A stretch of DNA of 64,000 bases, from NCBI GenBank assembly GCA_965215335.1, contig CBDCDA010000002.1:928001-992000 (forward strand). The letters run 5' to 3'. This DNA comes from an uncultured Candidatus Entotheonella sp. (GTDB lineage: Bacteria > Tectomicrobia > Entotheonellia > Entotheonellales > Entotheonellaceae). The position numbers and the translations under genes were made by a program. Position 1 is the stretch's first letter, and each line of letters opens with the position of its first letter. The notes beneath the pieces are model-generated. The model was not told the DNA's origin, made no database searches, and saw only the letters and a program-made list of their open reading frames with translations. Positions 1-9,998 of this stretch are shown piece by piece.

Positions 1-107
1 GGTCTCACGAAGAGCCGCTCCAGCGCTCGCTTGTACAGTATCCGTTTGTTGTCCGGGGTGGATGGGGCCGTCTGGAACGGCATCAATTCATGCTGCGGGT
101 CGGAAAA

Positions 108-794
108 TTAGGATAACGGTACGAAACCCGGCGCAGCCTGTTCGGCCTCGCCCACATATTCCGGCAAGGTGAGGTATCCTACCCGCGGAATGGTGACCCG
201 GGTCGGCAGACACTGGGCACGTTTGAGGCGTTGAATCGTGAACAGGTGCGCCAGGACTTCCCAGTACAACATCCACAGCGAGGCTTCCAGGGTGTAGCGA
301 ATGCGGCTGGGGTCGCCCGGCTCCACGCTGGCGCCGCGCGGCAGCACCTGAATGACGTGCTTCCAGAACGGCGTAGCCCTGTGCACCGACTGCGTGGCGC
401 GCAGGGTTTCGACCGGCACCGTGCTGACGACCTTCGTGGCCCAGTTGGCGCCAAGCCTCACTTTGTCCAGCAAATCCCCGATATCCCAGTGCCGGTCCTC
501 ATCGAGGCGGCGGTCGGACTTCATGTTGGCGAGGTTGTGGTCTTCCCAGCGGATCGGCGTGGGGATGTTGCCGTCGGGCCACAGGAAGGCGTGGCAACGG
601 CGCCGCATGACCGCCAGAAAGACCCAGGCGACATGGCTGACCTGGCGGCGGATGGACCACCACATCCATTCGCGCTGCGGATCTTGAGAGTCGAAGTCGA
701 GTTGAGCGTCGCTGAGGCCATGGATTTCCGTTTCCAGCCAGCGTCGGAATTCCTGGTAGTCGGGCCAAGCCACGACAGAGGGGTCGTCATGCAT
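108..794 (-). CDS. DinB-superfamily protein
   Basis: 228 aa; GLSDAQLDF...WWSIRRQVSHVA is the typical DinB_2 helix/His motif; C-terminal LAH. Confidence 0.6.
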   Translation of the reverse strand: MHDDPSVVAWPDYQEFRRWLETEIHGLSDAQLDFDSQDPQREWMWWSIRRQVSHVAWVFLAVMRRRCHAFLWPDGNIPTPIRWEDHNLANMKSDRRLDEDRHWDIGDLLDKVRLGANWATKVVSTVPVETLRATQSVHRATPFWKHVIQVLPRGASVEPGDPSRIRYTLEASLWMLYWEVLAHLFTIQRLKRAQCLPTRVTIPRVGYLTLPEYVGEAEQAAPGFVPLS

Positions 795-845
795 CCGTCA
801 TTCGCCTCGTCACACGACAGTCGGGGGGTGCCGCGACGCGCCATT

Positions 846-1115
846 CTACCAATCGCGGCGGTTCGAGCGCGGCTCGCGCGGACGAGCTTCATTGATGGTC
901 AACGTACGGCCTTGTAATTCGATACCATGCAGGGCCTCGATAGCGGCGCGCGCCTCATCATCGTTCGGCATGCCCACGAAGCCGAAACCGCGTGAGCGGC
1001 CGGTTTCACGGTCCGTGATGATGCTGACGCGTTCCACGGTGCCAAATTCGTCGAAAAGTTGTCGGATGTCGTCCTGGGTGGACGTAAACGGGATGTTACT
1101 GACGAAAATTTCCAT
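846..1115 (-). CDS. RNA-binding protein (single RRM)
   Basis: RNP2 IFVSNIPF and RNP1 RGFGFV, C-terminal INEARPRE; start moved to ATG at 1115. Confidence 0.92.
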   Translation of the reverse strand: MEIFVSNIPFTSTQDDIRQLFDEFGTVERVSIITDRETGRSRGFGFVGMPNDDEARAAIEALHGIELQGRTLTINEARPREPRSNRRDW

Positions 1116-1339
1116 CAACTGCGTCCTCTCGTGGAGGTTGGCGCATGTGCCGGTGCGAAGCGTACGGCAAGGGCGCCCGGGAGCTTGCCGGCGCACATGC
1201 TGCGAACAAACGCTAAGGCGGAATGCGGGTCAGTTTACACCCAACATTATGGGTGAACAAATGCCTAATGTTGCGTGGCGACGGAATTTCTTGCTGGTAT
1301 CACACGTACGTCCAGGGGAATACCCTGGGCGCGTCCGAT

Positions 1340-2920
1340 CTACTGAAAATCACGTCCCACCAGCGCCACGGCTTGACGGGCGAGGCGGCGGACGTGCTTC
1401 TGCTTGATGGGTGAGTGGAGGAAGCGATTCAGGCCGGCGAGCAGGTAGAAGCGGCACGCATCCGAGGCGTCGGGTAGTTCTTCCTGCACAGCTCGGGCCG
1501 TCTTGACGAGGTGGGCGGCGTAAATGGGTTCGCGCAGGCCGTGATCCAGAAGCAGCTCCGCAACCTCCCCGAAGAAGCATTCAGGGTCCGTGACGGCCCA
1601 TTTCTCCGCCGTTTGGGCAAGCTCCAGATAGCGGCGGTTGCGCCCCACGAAGCAGGCCATCTGCAGCAGGCCGGGTGCCCACAGCGCCGGCAGGGCGGCG
1701 CACTGCGTTCGCACGGCGTTGGCAAATGTGATGCCGTGCGTGAAGCTCAGCCAGCTGACGTTGTCGCTCACGGGCCGGTCGTGACGTGTGTCGTAGCTGG
1801 CGTCGTAGAAGAGGAAGTTGCGTGCCAGGGCCTCCAGGAGCGCTTGGTAGAGCGCTGGCGGGCTGTGCGAAGCGGCGTTTCGTACCACCCACGACAGCGC
1901 CTGTCTGGTGGTCGATGGGTAGGGCAGGGACTCCGGAGCCGTGGATTTTCCCCAGCCGCCAAGTTGCAAGGCCGACAGAGCGGTGGCGTAGTCCCGGAAG
2001 TCGGGCAGCAAATCCTCTCGCGTGGTGTAGCAGAGATGTCGCGCCAGAGCAGGCAGCAGAAAGGGTTCGACCTCCGCTCCCAGGTGCTCGATCAATCGTG
2101 ACGCCTTGTACACGTAAATCAGCGAGTGACCGAAATCGTTGTAGTGGGCCAGTGCGGCCGCGGCGAATGGCCCGTGCATGTCGTGCCAGTGCAGGCCGTT
2201 GGCCAGTCCTTGCAGAATCATCCCCTCGGCGGCCGGCGGATTTTCCGCCTCGACCGCCCCGGCGAAGCCCGCGTCCGTAAACGGCTCACCGATGTCGCCA
2301 AACGGGTACGCGGGGTGCCGCAGTGCGGTATGCGCCATGTGATCGATGGATTCCGCCAGGCAGATGAGCTGCGGTTCCCACTGCCCCGGAAACTGCTGTG
2401 CCAGGGTCAGCCAGTCGGTGGTGGCGGCGTAGGCGTGCACAAAGCCGAACTCGAGGCGGTCGCATGACCATGCGACCGCCCGGCGTACGGCCACCAGTGG
2501 GTCGAGGCCGTGAAAGTGCAGGCGGCTCAGTTCGCGGCAGATGCGGTCGTATTCCTGCTTGCGGAAGGCTTCGTGCAGGCCTTCCAGGATGACTGCCTGC
2601 GCGACCTCGGGCGGCGGGTCGGCCAGGTCGAGCCATACGTAGCCGTCTTCGACGCGGGTCTCGTAGGCACGCACGTTGTCGCCGCCGAGGAGGCAGCGGC
2701 CGTCACTGAGGCGGAATTTCCAGTTGTGCCAGTTGCAGGTGAGGGTGCAGGCGCCGTCGATCTGGCCCTCGACCAAGGGGTATCCCTCGTGCGGGCAGCG
2801 GTTATCCACGGCGTAAACCGATCCGGCGACGCTGAACAAGGCCACCTGCTTCGGTGGGTACTGAAACACCACCGGACGGCGTTGCAACTCGGAGCGCGGT
2901 ACCGTTTTGACCCACGGCAT
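1340..2920 (-). CDS. Rieske [2Fe-2S] domain protein with long His-motif helical C-terminal region
   Basis: CPH...CNWH Rieske ligands in the N-terminal ~100 aa; GGAGG before ATG 2920. Confidence 0.8.
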   Translation of the reverse strand: MPWVKTVPRSELQRRPVVFQYPPKQVALFSVAGSVYAVDNRCPHEGYPLVEGQIDGACTLTCNWHNWKFRLSDGRCLLGGDNVRAYETRVEDGYVWLDLADPPPEVAQAVILEGLHEAFRKQEYDRICRELSRLHFHGLDPLVAVRRAVAWSCDRLEFGFVHAYAATTDWLTLAQQFPGQWEPQLICLAESIDHMAHTALRHPAYPFGDIGEPFTDAGFAGAVEAENPPAAEGMILQGLANGLHWHDMHGPFAAAALAHYNDFGHSLIYVYKASRLIEHLGAEVEPFLLPALARHLCYTTREDLLPDFRDYATALSALQLGGWGKSTAPESLPYPSTTRQALSWVVRNAASHSPPALYQALLEALARNFLFYDASYDTRHDRPVSDNVSWLSFTHGITFANAVRTQCAALPALWAPGLLQMACFVGRNRRYLELAQTAEKWAVTDPECFFGEVAELLLDHGLREPIYAAHLVKTARAVQEELPDASDACRFYLLAGLNRFLHSPIKQKHVRRLARQAVALVGRDFQ

Positions 2921-2956
2921 AGCCACCTCCAATACGACAGGGTTGGCCTTCGGCGC

Positions 2957-3490
2957 CTAGCCTTGCGGCACTTCGGGGGCGTACGGGTAGTCGTATGCGG
3001 TCAGCGCCTTTAGCGTGAACGCGCACATTGAAATCAGGCCCCACAGCAGCCCCACGACCACCCCGGCATCGACAATTCCCCGCCACGGCTGCGCGAGCCA
3101 GCGCACCGCAAGGATGAGCAGGATAATGAACACCGTCAGCGCATACACGGAGATCATGCGCCGCTTTGTGGTGTGAAAGTACCCCATGCAGAACAGCGGC
3201 GCCAGCAGCACGTGCGCCGGGCACGGGTGCGAGATCAAGTACTTGGCGCGCGCCACGATGCGCGGCGAGAAGTTCTGCTGGAAGCCGCGGTAGCCCTCGG
3301 ACCAAGCCATGAAGGCGACGTGCACCGCCAGCACCAGCCAATGATAGGCATAGAAGTCATAAGACCACGCGGCCGCAGCGACCCCTGCCAGCCGCCATAC
3401 GGAGTAGCCCAGCAAGGCGGCGATGCCCGCCAGGCCCCAAACGGCTCCGAGGTAGCCGAGGGTTCGATTTGACGGCATATTGGCGGTCAT
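2957..3490 (-). CDS. membrane protein of unknown function
   Basis: 177 aa with 4-5 hydrophobic segments; 4-bp overlap with the upstream Rieske gene. Confidence 0.7.
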   Translation of the reverse strand: MTANMPSNRTLGYLGAVWGLAGIAALLGYSVWRLAGVAAAAWSYDFYAYHWLVLAVHVAFMAWSEGYRGFQQNFSPRIVARAKYLISHPCPAHVLLAPLFCMGYFHTTKRRMISVYALTVFIILLILAVRWLAQPWRGIVDAGVVVGLLWGLISMCAFTLKALTAYDYPYAPEVPQG

Positions 3491-3843
3491 GGGGAAGGGG
3501 TTGCCTCGTTGTCGTCTTCAGGCAGGGTCACGAACAGGTCGTTGCCCTGCACGGTGAGCGGATAGGTGGGCACCGGCGGTGCCTTGGGGATGTTGACGCA
3601 AACACCGTCGCGCAGGTTGAAGCGCCAGGCATGCCACATGCACATGATGGTGCCGTTGTGCACGGGTCCCTCGCTGAGCGGCGCCCCGGCGTGCGGGCAC
3701 GCGTCCTCCAGGGCGAAAAATTCGCCGCCGTACCGGAACACGGCGATGAAGCGCTTGCCGATTCTGAATTCCCGCCCGCCGCCTTCGGGCACCTCGTGCA
3801 CGCTGGTCAGTCGGACGGTGGTGCTGGATTGGGGATACGGCAT
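3487..3843 (-). CDS. Rieske-type ferredoxin (NirD/dioxygenase ferredoxin-like)
   Basis: CPH...CMWH, FNLRDG, YPLTV motifs; 118 aa. Confidence 0.85.
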   Translation of the reverse strand: MPYPQSSTTVRLTSVHEVPEGGGREFRIGKRFIAVFRYGGEFFALEDACPHAGAPLSEGPVHNGTIMCMWHAWRFNLRDGVCVNIPKAPPVPTYPLTVQGNDLFVTLPEDDNEATPSP

Positions 3844-3861
3844 GCCGAGAAATTCCTTCGG

Positions 3862-4044
3862 TCAGAAGACAAAATGGCGTACCACCTTCACGAGGAAGCT
3901 GATGGCCAGGTACGTGACCAGCATGATGTTGAGCCAGGTAATCTTGCGGTCGAACCGCTGCATGCGCGTCCGGTACGCCGGCGATTGGGACAGCATGAAA
4001 CGATGCGCGAGGTAGAGCACGACGAAAAAGGCAAGCATCTTCAT
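3862..4044 (-). CDS. small membrane protein
   Basis: 60 aa, two hydrophobic segments, fills the gap between metH and the ferredoxin on the same strand. Confidence 0.5.
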   Translation of the reverse strand: MKMLAFFVVLYLAHRFMLSQSPAYRTRMQRFDRKITWLNIMLVTYLAISFLVKVVRHFVF

Positions 4045-4070
4045 GCTTCAGTCCCTCATCACGGGCATGG

Positions 4071-7000
4071 CTACTCGGCTCGAAAATACGCCGCCTCCGG
4101 GTGGTGCAGCACGAGGGCCGACACCGATGCTTCGGGGTCCATCATGAAACCGTCGGTCAGCTGCACGCCGATGTCCTCGGGACGTAGCAGGCGAAACAGT
4201 TTTTCCTGATCCTCCAGGTCCGGGCAGGCGGGGTAGCCGAACGACACCCGCAGGCCGCGATACGTCGCCCGGAAGCGGTCACGCATGGTCATTTCCGGCG
4301 GATCCGGGAAGCCCCACCAGGCTCTCAGGTCCTGGTGCAGCTTTTCGGCACCGGCTTCCGCCAGTTCGATGGCGATGGCCTGGATGGCGTGGGAGCGCAC
4401 GTAGGCGCCGGCGTCCTTGTACATGGCTGCCAGGTCGCGCACGCCCAGGCCGCAGGTGACGACGAAGAAGGCGATCGAATCCATGTCGCCCGACGCGACG
4501 GGCCGCACGAAATCGGCCAGGCAGAGGTGCTTGCCGCCGCTTTGCCGCGGGAACGTGAAGCGCTCGATCACGGCGGCGGGGTTGTCCGGATCGTAGATGA
4601 GCACGGAATCGCCCTCGGCCTGCGCCGGGAAGTAGCGGCAAACGGCGTGCGCGCGTACCAGCCGGGCGTCCACCATCTCCTGGAACACCGCGTCGACGCG
4701 TTCTTTCATGGCGATGGCCTTGGGGTCTTCTTGGGCGAAGCGTTTGTGCACGTTGCCGTGCAGGCCCATGTGCTTGCCGTAGAGCATCTGCGGGTTCAGA
4801 TAGGGCCACAGGTAGTCGAGCGACAGGTCGCGGAACACCAGGCGCTCGGACGTCGGGACGCTGGGCAGCGGCGCGTCGGTGCGCACCGCTGAACGCGGGG
4901 CGCGGCTGGCAACGGCTGCGGGGCGCTGCGGTCCGGCGTCGGTGGCGTGGCGGCGTAATACCTGCTGTTCCGCTTGCACCCGTGCAACGAGGTCGGCGCG
5001 CTGGACTTCCTGGCTGAGCCGGTTGGCGAGGTCGAGACCCTGCATGGCGTCCTTGGCATACAGCACCGGCGCGCCGTCGTATACGGGGGCGATTTTCAGC
5101 GCCGTGAAGCGGTTCGACAGCGCCGCGCCACCCACCAGGATGGGCACCGAGATACCGGCTTCCCGCAGGTCCTGCGCCGTCAGCACCATTTGCTGGGCCG
5201 ATTTGACCAGCAGCCCGGACAGGCCGATGGTGTCCGGCTGTTCGGCGCGGTACGCCTCGATCAACTGCTGCGGCAACACCTTGATGCCCAGGTTGATGAC
5301 CTCGAAGCCGTTGTTGCTCAGCACGATGTCCACCAGGTTCTTGCCGATGTCGTGCACGTCGCCCTTGACGGTGGCGAGGATGATCTTGCCCTTCAGGCTG
5401 CTTTCGCCCTTCTCCATGTAGGGTTCGAGGTAGGCCACCGCCGCCTTCATGACTTCGGCGCTGAGCAGCACTTCGGCGACGATCAGTTCGTTGTTGTTGA
5501 ACAGCCGTCCCACCTCCGTCATGCCGTCCATCATCGGACCGTTGATGATCTCCATGGCGGCGTACCGTTCCAGGGCCTGCTCGAGGTCGGCAAACAGGCC
5601 GTCCTTGCTGCCCTCCACGACGCAGGCCACCAGTCGCTGCTCCAGGGGCAGGGTGACCGCCGGCTTGCGGGCGCCGGACTTCTTGCCTCGGTAAAAGCCG
5701 CTGAAGGCCCCGATGGGGTCGTCGCCGCGCCAGAACAGCAGGTCCTCGGCGAGCCGCCGCTCTGCCGCCGAAATGGAGGCATAGCGCTCCAGCCGTTGCG
5801 AGTTGACGATGGCATAGTCGAGGCCGGCGCGGGTGCAGTGGTAGAGGAACACGGCGTTCAGCACCTCGCGGCCGGCGCTGGGCAGACCAAAGGAGACGTT
5901 CGAGACGCCCAGAATGGTGCTGCACAGGGGGAAGTGTTCCTTGATGGCCTGAACGCCGGCGATGGTTTCGGCGGCGGAGCCGATGTAGTTTTCGTCGCCG
6001 GTGCCGACCGGGAAGACGAGTGGGTCGAAGATGATGTCATGCGGTGCCAAGCCGTACTTGCCGGTCAGCAGGTCGTAGGCGCGTTGGGCGATGGCCAGTT
6101 TGCGGTCGCGGCTGACGCCCATGCCCTGCACCGGGTCCTCGTCGATACAGCCGACCACCACCGCGGCGCCGTACGTATGCAACAGCGGCACGATGGCGGC
6201 GAAGCGCTCCTCGCCGTCTTCGAGGTTGATCGAATTGACGATGGCCTTGCCGGGCGAGTGTTTCAGCGCCAGCTCGACGACCTGTGCCTCGGTGGAATCG
6301 ACCATCAGCGGAACGCGCACCTTGCCGGCGACGAATTTCAGGAAGTGCTGCATATCGGCGTACTCGTCGCGGTCGGGATTGGCCAGGCAGATGTCCAGCA
6401 CCTGGGCGCCGCCTTTGATCTGGGCGCGGCCGACGTCGGCCGCCCGCTCGAACTCGCCGGCGCTGATCAGGTCGCGGAACCGTTTGGAGCCGATGACGTT
6501 GGTGCGCTCGCCGACGACGACCGGGCGGTCGTCGTCGGCCTCCAAGGGCAGGTAATCCAGCCCGGAGACGGCCACGACCTTGCGGCTTGACGCCGGCTGC
6601 GGCCGTTTGCTCCGTGCCATGTCGGCCAGCACGTCGATATGTTGCGGCGTGGTGCCGCAGCAGCCGCCGGCGACGTGCAGCCAGCCGTTATCGATGAAGC
6701 GTTCGAGCTGCGTGGCGAGCGAGGTCGGCGTCTCGTGGTAGTGCCCGTCCTCGTCCGGCAGGCCGGCGTTGGGGTGGCAGCTGACGGGAACGGTCGACAG
6801 GCCGGCGAGGCTGCGCAGGTGATCGGTCATGAACTCCGGGCCGGTGGCGCAGTTGAGGCCGATGGACAACGGCTCGAAGTGCGCGATGGAGGTGTAGAGC
6901 GCCTCGATGCTCTGGCCGCCGAGCATGGTGCCCATGGGCTCGATGGTCACGGAAATCATCAAGGGCACCTGACGCCCGGCCGCCTGCATGGCGCGGCGGG

Positions 7001-7520
7001 CCCCCATGACCGTGGCCTTGAGATTCAGCGTATCCTGCGCCGTTTCGATGAGCAGCAGGTCGATACCGCCTTCCAGCAGCCCCAGGGTCTGCTCGCGGAA
7101 GGCGTCGATGACCTCGTCGAACGTAACGCCGCCGGTGACGGTGATCGTCTTGGTTTGCGGCCCCAGCGAGCCGGCGGCAAAGCGCGGCTTGTCCGGCGTG
7201 CTGTACTCGATGGCGGCTTGCCGCGCCAGGCGCGCGGCGGCGGCGTTGATGGCGTGCACCTGGTGTTGCAGGTCGTATTCGGCGAGCACGATGCGCGTGC
7301 CGCCGAAGGTGTTGGTGCAGATGATGTCGGCGCCGGCCTGCAGGTAGGCGCCGTGGATGTCACGGAGCAGGGCGGGTCGGGTGAGGTTCAGGTGCTCGTA
7401 GCAGCCCTCGTAGTCGGGGCCGCCGAAGTCGGCGGCCGTGAGCGGCTTGACCTGGAGGAAAGTCCCCATTGCACCGTCCAGAACCAGGACGCGCTCTTTC
7501 AGCAATTCGTGAATGATCAT
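4071..7520 (-). CDS. metH: cobalamin-dependent methionine synthase
   Basis: LDGAMGT, GLNCATG, GGCCGTT, GERTNV, B12 motif GDVHDIGKN, C-terminal activation domain FGYPACP; 1149 aa. Confidence 0.97.
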   Translation of the reverse strand: MIIHELLKERVLVLDGAMGTFLQVKPLTAADFGGPDYEGCYEHLNLTRPALLRDIHGAYLQAGADIICTNTFGGTRIVLAEYDLQHQVHAINAAAARLARQAAIEYSTPDKPRFAAGSLGPQTKTITVTGGVTFDEVIDAFREQTLGLLEGGIDLLLIETAQDTLNLKATVMGARRAMQAAGRQVPLMISVTIEPMGTMLGGQSIEALYTSIAHFEPLSIGLNCATGPEFMTDHLRSLAGLSTVPVSCHPNAGLPDEDGHYHETPTSLATQLERFIDNGWLHVAGGCCGTTPQHIDVLADMARSKRPQPASSRKVVAVSGLDYLPLEADDDRPVVVGERTNVIGSKRFRDLISAGEFERAADVGRAQIKGGAQVLDICLANPDRDEYADMQHFLKFVAGKVRVPLMVDSTEAQVVELALKHSPGKAIVNSINLEDGEERFAAIVPLLHTYGAAVVVGCIDEDPVQGMGVSRDRKLAIAQRAYDLLTGKYGLAPHDIIFDPLVFPVGTGDENYIGSAAETIAGVQAIKEHFPLCSTILGVSNVSFGLPSAGREVLNAVFLYHCTRAGLDYAIVNSQRLERYASISAAERRLAEDLLFWRGDDPIGAFSGFYRGKKSGARKPAVTLPLEQRLVACVVEGSKDGLFADLEQALERYAAMEIINGPMMDGMTEVGRLFNNNELIVAEVLLSAEVMKAAVAYLEPYMEKGESSLKGKIILATVKGDVHDIGKNLVDIVLSNNGFEVINLGIKVLPQQLIEAYRAEQPDTIGLSGLLVKSAQQMVLTAQDLREAGISVPILVGGAALSNRFTALKIAPVYDGAPVLYAKDAMQGLDLANRLSQEVQRADLVARVQAEQQVLRRHATDAGPQRPAAVASRAPRSAVRTDAPLPSVPTSERLVFRDLSLDYLWPYLNPQMLYGKHMGLHGNVHKRFAQEDPKAIAMKERVDAVFQEMVDARLVRAHAVCRYFPAQAEGDSVLIYDPDNPAAVIERFTFPRQSGGKHLCLADFVRPVASGDMDSIAFFVVTCGLGVRDLAAMYKDAGAYVRSHAIQAIAIELAEAGAEKLHQDLRAWWGFPDPPEMTMRDRFRATYRGLRVSFGYPACPDLEDQEKLFRLLRPEDIGVQLTDGFMMDPEASVSALVLHHPEAAYFRAE

Positions 7521-7634
7521 GCTAGACTCGTTTTCTCCAACGCATCAAGGGTGCCGATTGAGATTCAACTGTAACAAAATCCGGGCGGGGTAACAAAACG
7601 CGACGCGCTTGTCGTCACGTGGTGGGCCGTGAGC

Positions 7635-8372
7635 ATGCCGAGGGAACGGATCAACGGATTCTGCATGTATTACGAGGCTGCCGGGGAAGGCATGCCGTTT
7701 CTGTTCGTGCACGGCGGCCTGGGCGGCGGCAGGGGCAGTGAGGTGTTCCGGCAGCATCACATGGCCGAGCTGGCGCGGCACGCCACCGTCATTGCCTTCG
7801 ACCGGCGTGCCGCGGGGCAGTCGGAGGAGCCGGCGGGCGGATACGGGTTCGATGGCTTCGTCACCGACATGATGGCCCTATTGGATTATCTGGGGCACCC
7901 GCGGGCGGTCCTGATGGGCCACTCGGCCGGCGGACCGCAGGTGCTGCAGTGCGCGCTCGATCACCCGCAGCGGATCATGGGGCTGGTGCTCAGCAGCACC
8001 GCCTCGCAGACGGTGCGGGGGCCGCCGGAACTGGCTTCTCTGACGACCTATCTGGGCACGACCGCGCTGACGGACTTGCAGAACACCCTGCGGCAAGCTT
8101 CCGGCGGCGCCGTTGGCGGCATTCTGCAGACTTACCTGGCTTATCACCTGCACGGCGACTCGATTGCTGACCGGCTGGCCGAGATCGCGGCGCCGGCGCT
8201 CGTCCTGCACGGTACCGCGGACGACGAGGTGGCGTTTGTCGAAGGCCGCCGCCTGCACGCCGGGCTGCGGAACGCCGCGCTGGTCAGTTTCGAGGGTGGC
8301 CGACACGGCATCATGACCAGTCACGCCGTTGCCTTCCGCCAGGCCATCATCGACTTCCTCGCGGGGCTTTGA
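7635..8372 (+). CDS. alpha/beta hydrolase
   Basis: FVHGG oxyanion motif, GHSAGG nucleophile elbow, HGTADD, GRHG. Confidence 0.88.
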   Translation: MPRERINGFCMYYEAAGEGMPFLFVHGGLGGGRGSEVFRQHHMAELARHATVIAFDRRAAGQSEEPAGGYGFDGFVTDMMALLDYLGHPRAVLMGHSAGGPQVLQCALDHPQRIMGLVLSSTASQTVRGPPELASLTTYLGTTALTDLQNTLRQASGGAVGGILQTYLAYHLHGDSIADRLAEIAAPALVLHGTADDEVAFVEGRRLHAGLRNAALVSFEGGRHGIMTSHAVAFRQAIIDFLAGL

Positions 8373-8468
8373 TCCCATTCGTCCCCCGGCGTTTGACTTG
8401 CCGCGGTATTGTGGGTACAACCGGGCCTTGTTTCCCGGAATCCGAACGTTCACTGGAGGAGCATGCCA

Positions 8469-9482
8469 ATGCGTTTCGTCATGTGTGGTGCGGGTGCGAT
8501 TGGCGGGGTGTTGGGCGGTCAACTGGCCAAGACCGGTTTCGAGGTGATCTTCATCGACAAAATTGCCGAGCACGTTGCGGCGCTCAACAAGCACGGTTTG
8601 CAGCTCAAAGGGGTGCTCGGCAACCACACCCTGCCGGTCACCGCCGTCATGCAGGCCGGCGACATCGACTTTCGCCCCGACGACGTGGTGTTCATGTCGG
8701 TCAAGTCGTTTCACTGTGACACCGCCTGCGCCGAGTTGCGCCGCGCCACGCCGCTGGAACTGCCTGTCTTCTGCTCCCAGAACGGGGTTGCCAACGAAAC
8801 CACGGCGGGTCGGTACTTCGAGAACGTCAACGGCGTCATGGTGCTGATCGGCGCGAAACGTTTGAACCCCGGCGAGGTGGTGCATACCGGCAACGGTCCG
8901 GTCGGCGTCGGCACCTATCCCGAGGGTCTCAGCCAGGCGGCCCGAGATGTCGCCGCAGCCCTGGAAAGGACCGATCTGCCGGTTTACACTACCGAGCGCA
9001 TTGCCGAGGCCAAGTGGAACAAGATGCTCATCAACCTCAACAACGCCACCATGGGGCTGACCGGGCTGTCCAGTCAAGAGGCGCGCGCCGACGGCGAGGC
9101 GCGGTTATGGATGGCCGACGTGTGGGAGGAGGGCGCCCGGGTGCTCCAGGCTGCCGGCATCGCCTACGAAGGCCCGCCCGGCATGGGACCGATCGAGGAC
9201 CGTATCGCCGAGCTGCGCGGTTCCGAATTCAAGCCCGACGTGCCGGTGGATGACGAGCTCAAGGGCCGCGCCTCGTTGTGGCAGGATCTGTATCACCAGC
9301 GTGGCGAAGTGGAAGCCGATTACTTCAATGGCGAGATCGTCGAGCTCGGCCGGCGGCACAACGTGCCGGCGCCGTACAGCGGCCTGCTGTTGGAATTGAT
9401 CAAGGACATGGCGGCGAAGCGCGAGAAGCCGGGCAAGTACACGATCAGCGATTTGCGCCAGCGGCTGCGAGAGCAGGCGTGA
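8469..9482 (+). CDS. ketopantoate reductase-family oxidoreductase (ApbA/PanE-like)
   Basis: GAGAIGG, SVKS, QNGV, KWNKMLIN, SLWQD, EADYFNGEIV; GGAGGA before ATG. Confidence 0.88.
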   Translation: MRFVMCGAGAIGGVLGGQLAKTGFEVIFIDKIAEHVAALNKHGLQLKGVLGNHTLPVTAVMQAGDIDFRPDDVVFMSVKSFHCDTACAELRRATPLELPVFCSQNGVANETTAGRYFENVNGVMVLIGAKRLNPGEVVHTGNGPVGVGTYPEGLSQAARDVAAALERTDLPVYTTERIAEAKWNKMLINLNNATMGLTGLSSQEARADGEARLWMADVWEEGARVLQAAGIAYEGPPGMGPIEDRIAELRGSEFKPDVPVDDELKGRASLWQDLYHQRGEVEADYFNGEIVELGRRHNVPAPYSGLLLELIKDMAAKREKPGKYTISDLRQRLREQA

Positions 9483-9489
9483 GCCTTGC

Positions 9490-9730
9490 CCTGACACATC
9501 AACCTGGGCGAGCACGGTTCCCGCCTCGTCAACGAACGTCACCTCCGTGTAGCGGTCCCTTGCGACGACCGCAATGGTGTATGGGTTGGTGACGACCTGG
9601 GCCGGGAGAACGTCTGGCGCCGGGGTGCTGCGCCTCACGTGCACCTCGAGTGTCTGTCCTTGCTGGCGCGCCGTTGCGGCGAAATGGATGCCATAGCCGG
9701 CGGTCGGCTTTTGTCCCAGGAAGGCCACTC
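9490..9730 (-). pseudogene. PrcB C-terminal-like domain fragment, 5' part missing
   Basis: VAFLGQKPTAGYGI...AQVVTNPYTIAVV resembles PrcB_C; no own start, MITE just upstream, frame runs into the opposite gene; ends approximate. Confidence 0.55.
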
Positions 9731-9765
9731 CTGAAGCCACCGGTCGGCAGGCGCCGGAAGCCTTG

Positions 9766-9916
9766 AGAGTCTGTTCCATAAGTCCGATCAGCTCTTTTTT
9801 TGCCGGCATTGGATAAACATTCGCCCTTTCCAGGGCGCTTTTTTGCCTCAAACGCCCTGGAATCGGTGAGAATCCCGCCTACCTTTGGAATGTCGCCGAC
9901 TTTAGGAACAGGCTCT
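9766..9916. mobile_element. MITE / internally deleted IS (~151 bp)
   Basis: 19-bp imperfect terminal inverted repeats agagtctgttccataagtc / gactttaggaacaggctct (16 of 19 match), AT-richer interior, no transposase. Confidence 0.65.
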
Positions 9917-9998
9917 TGGTTTCGCCGACTCCCCCGCAAGGGGAGGAGTTGATGGAAAGGGCGACGAGCGAGCAAGCCATTTCGCGCCGAAAGGGGCT

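Noticed and set aside
4279..7574. Long alternative-frame and antisense ORFs (also 13192..15627 in full, 21070..22578, 22430..24382, 28857..30893, 54735..56429, 55201..57144)
   Set aside because: GC-rich shadow frames overlapping well-supported genes, with no recognisable motifs.
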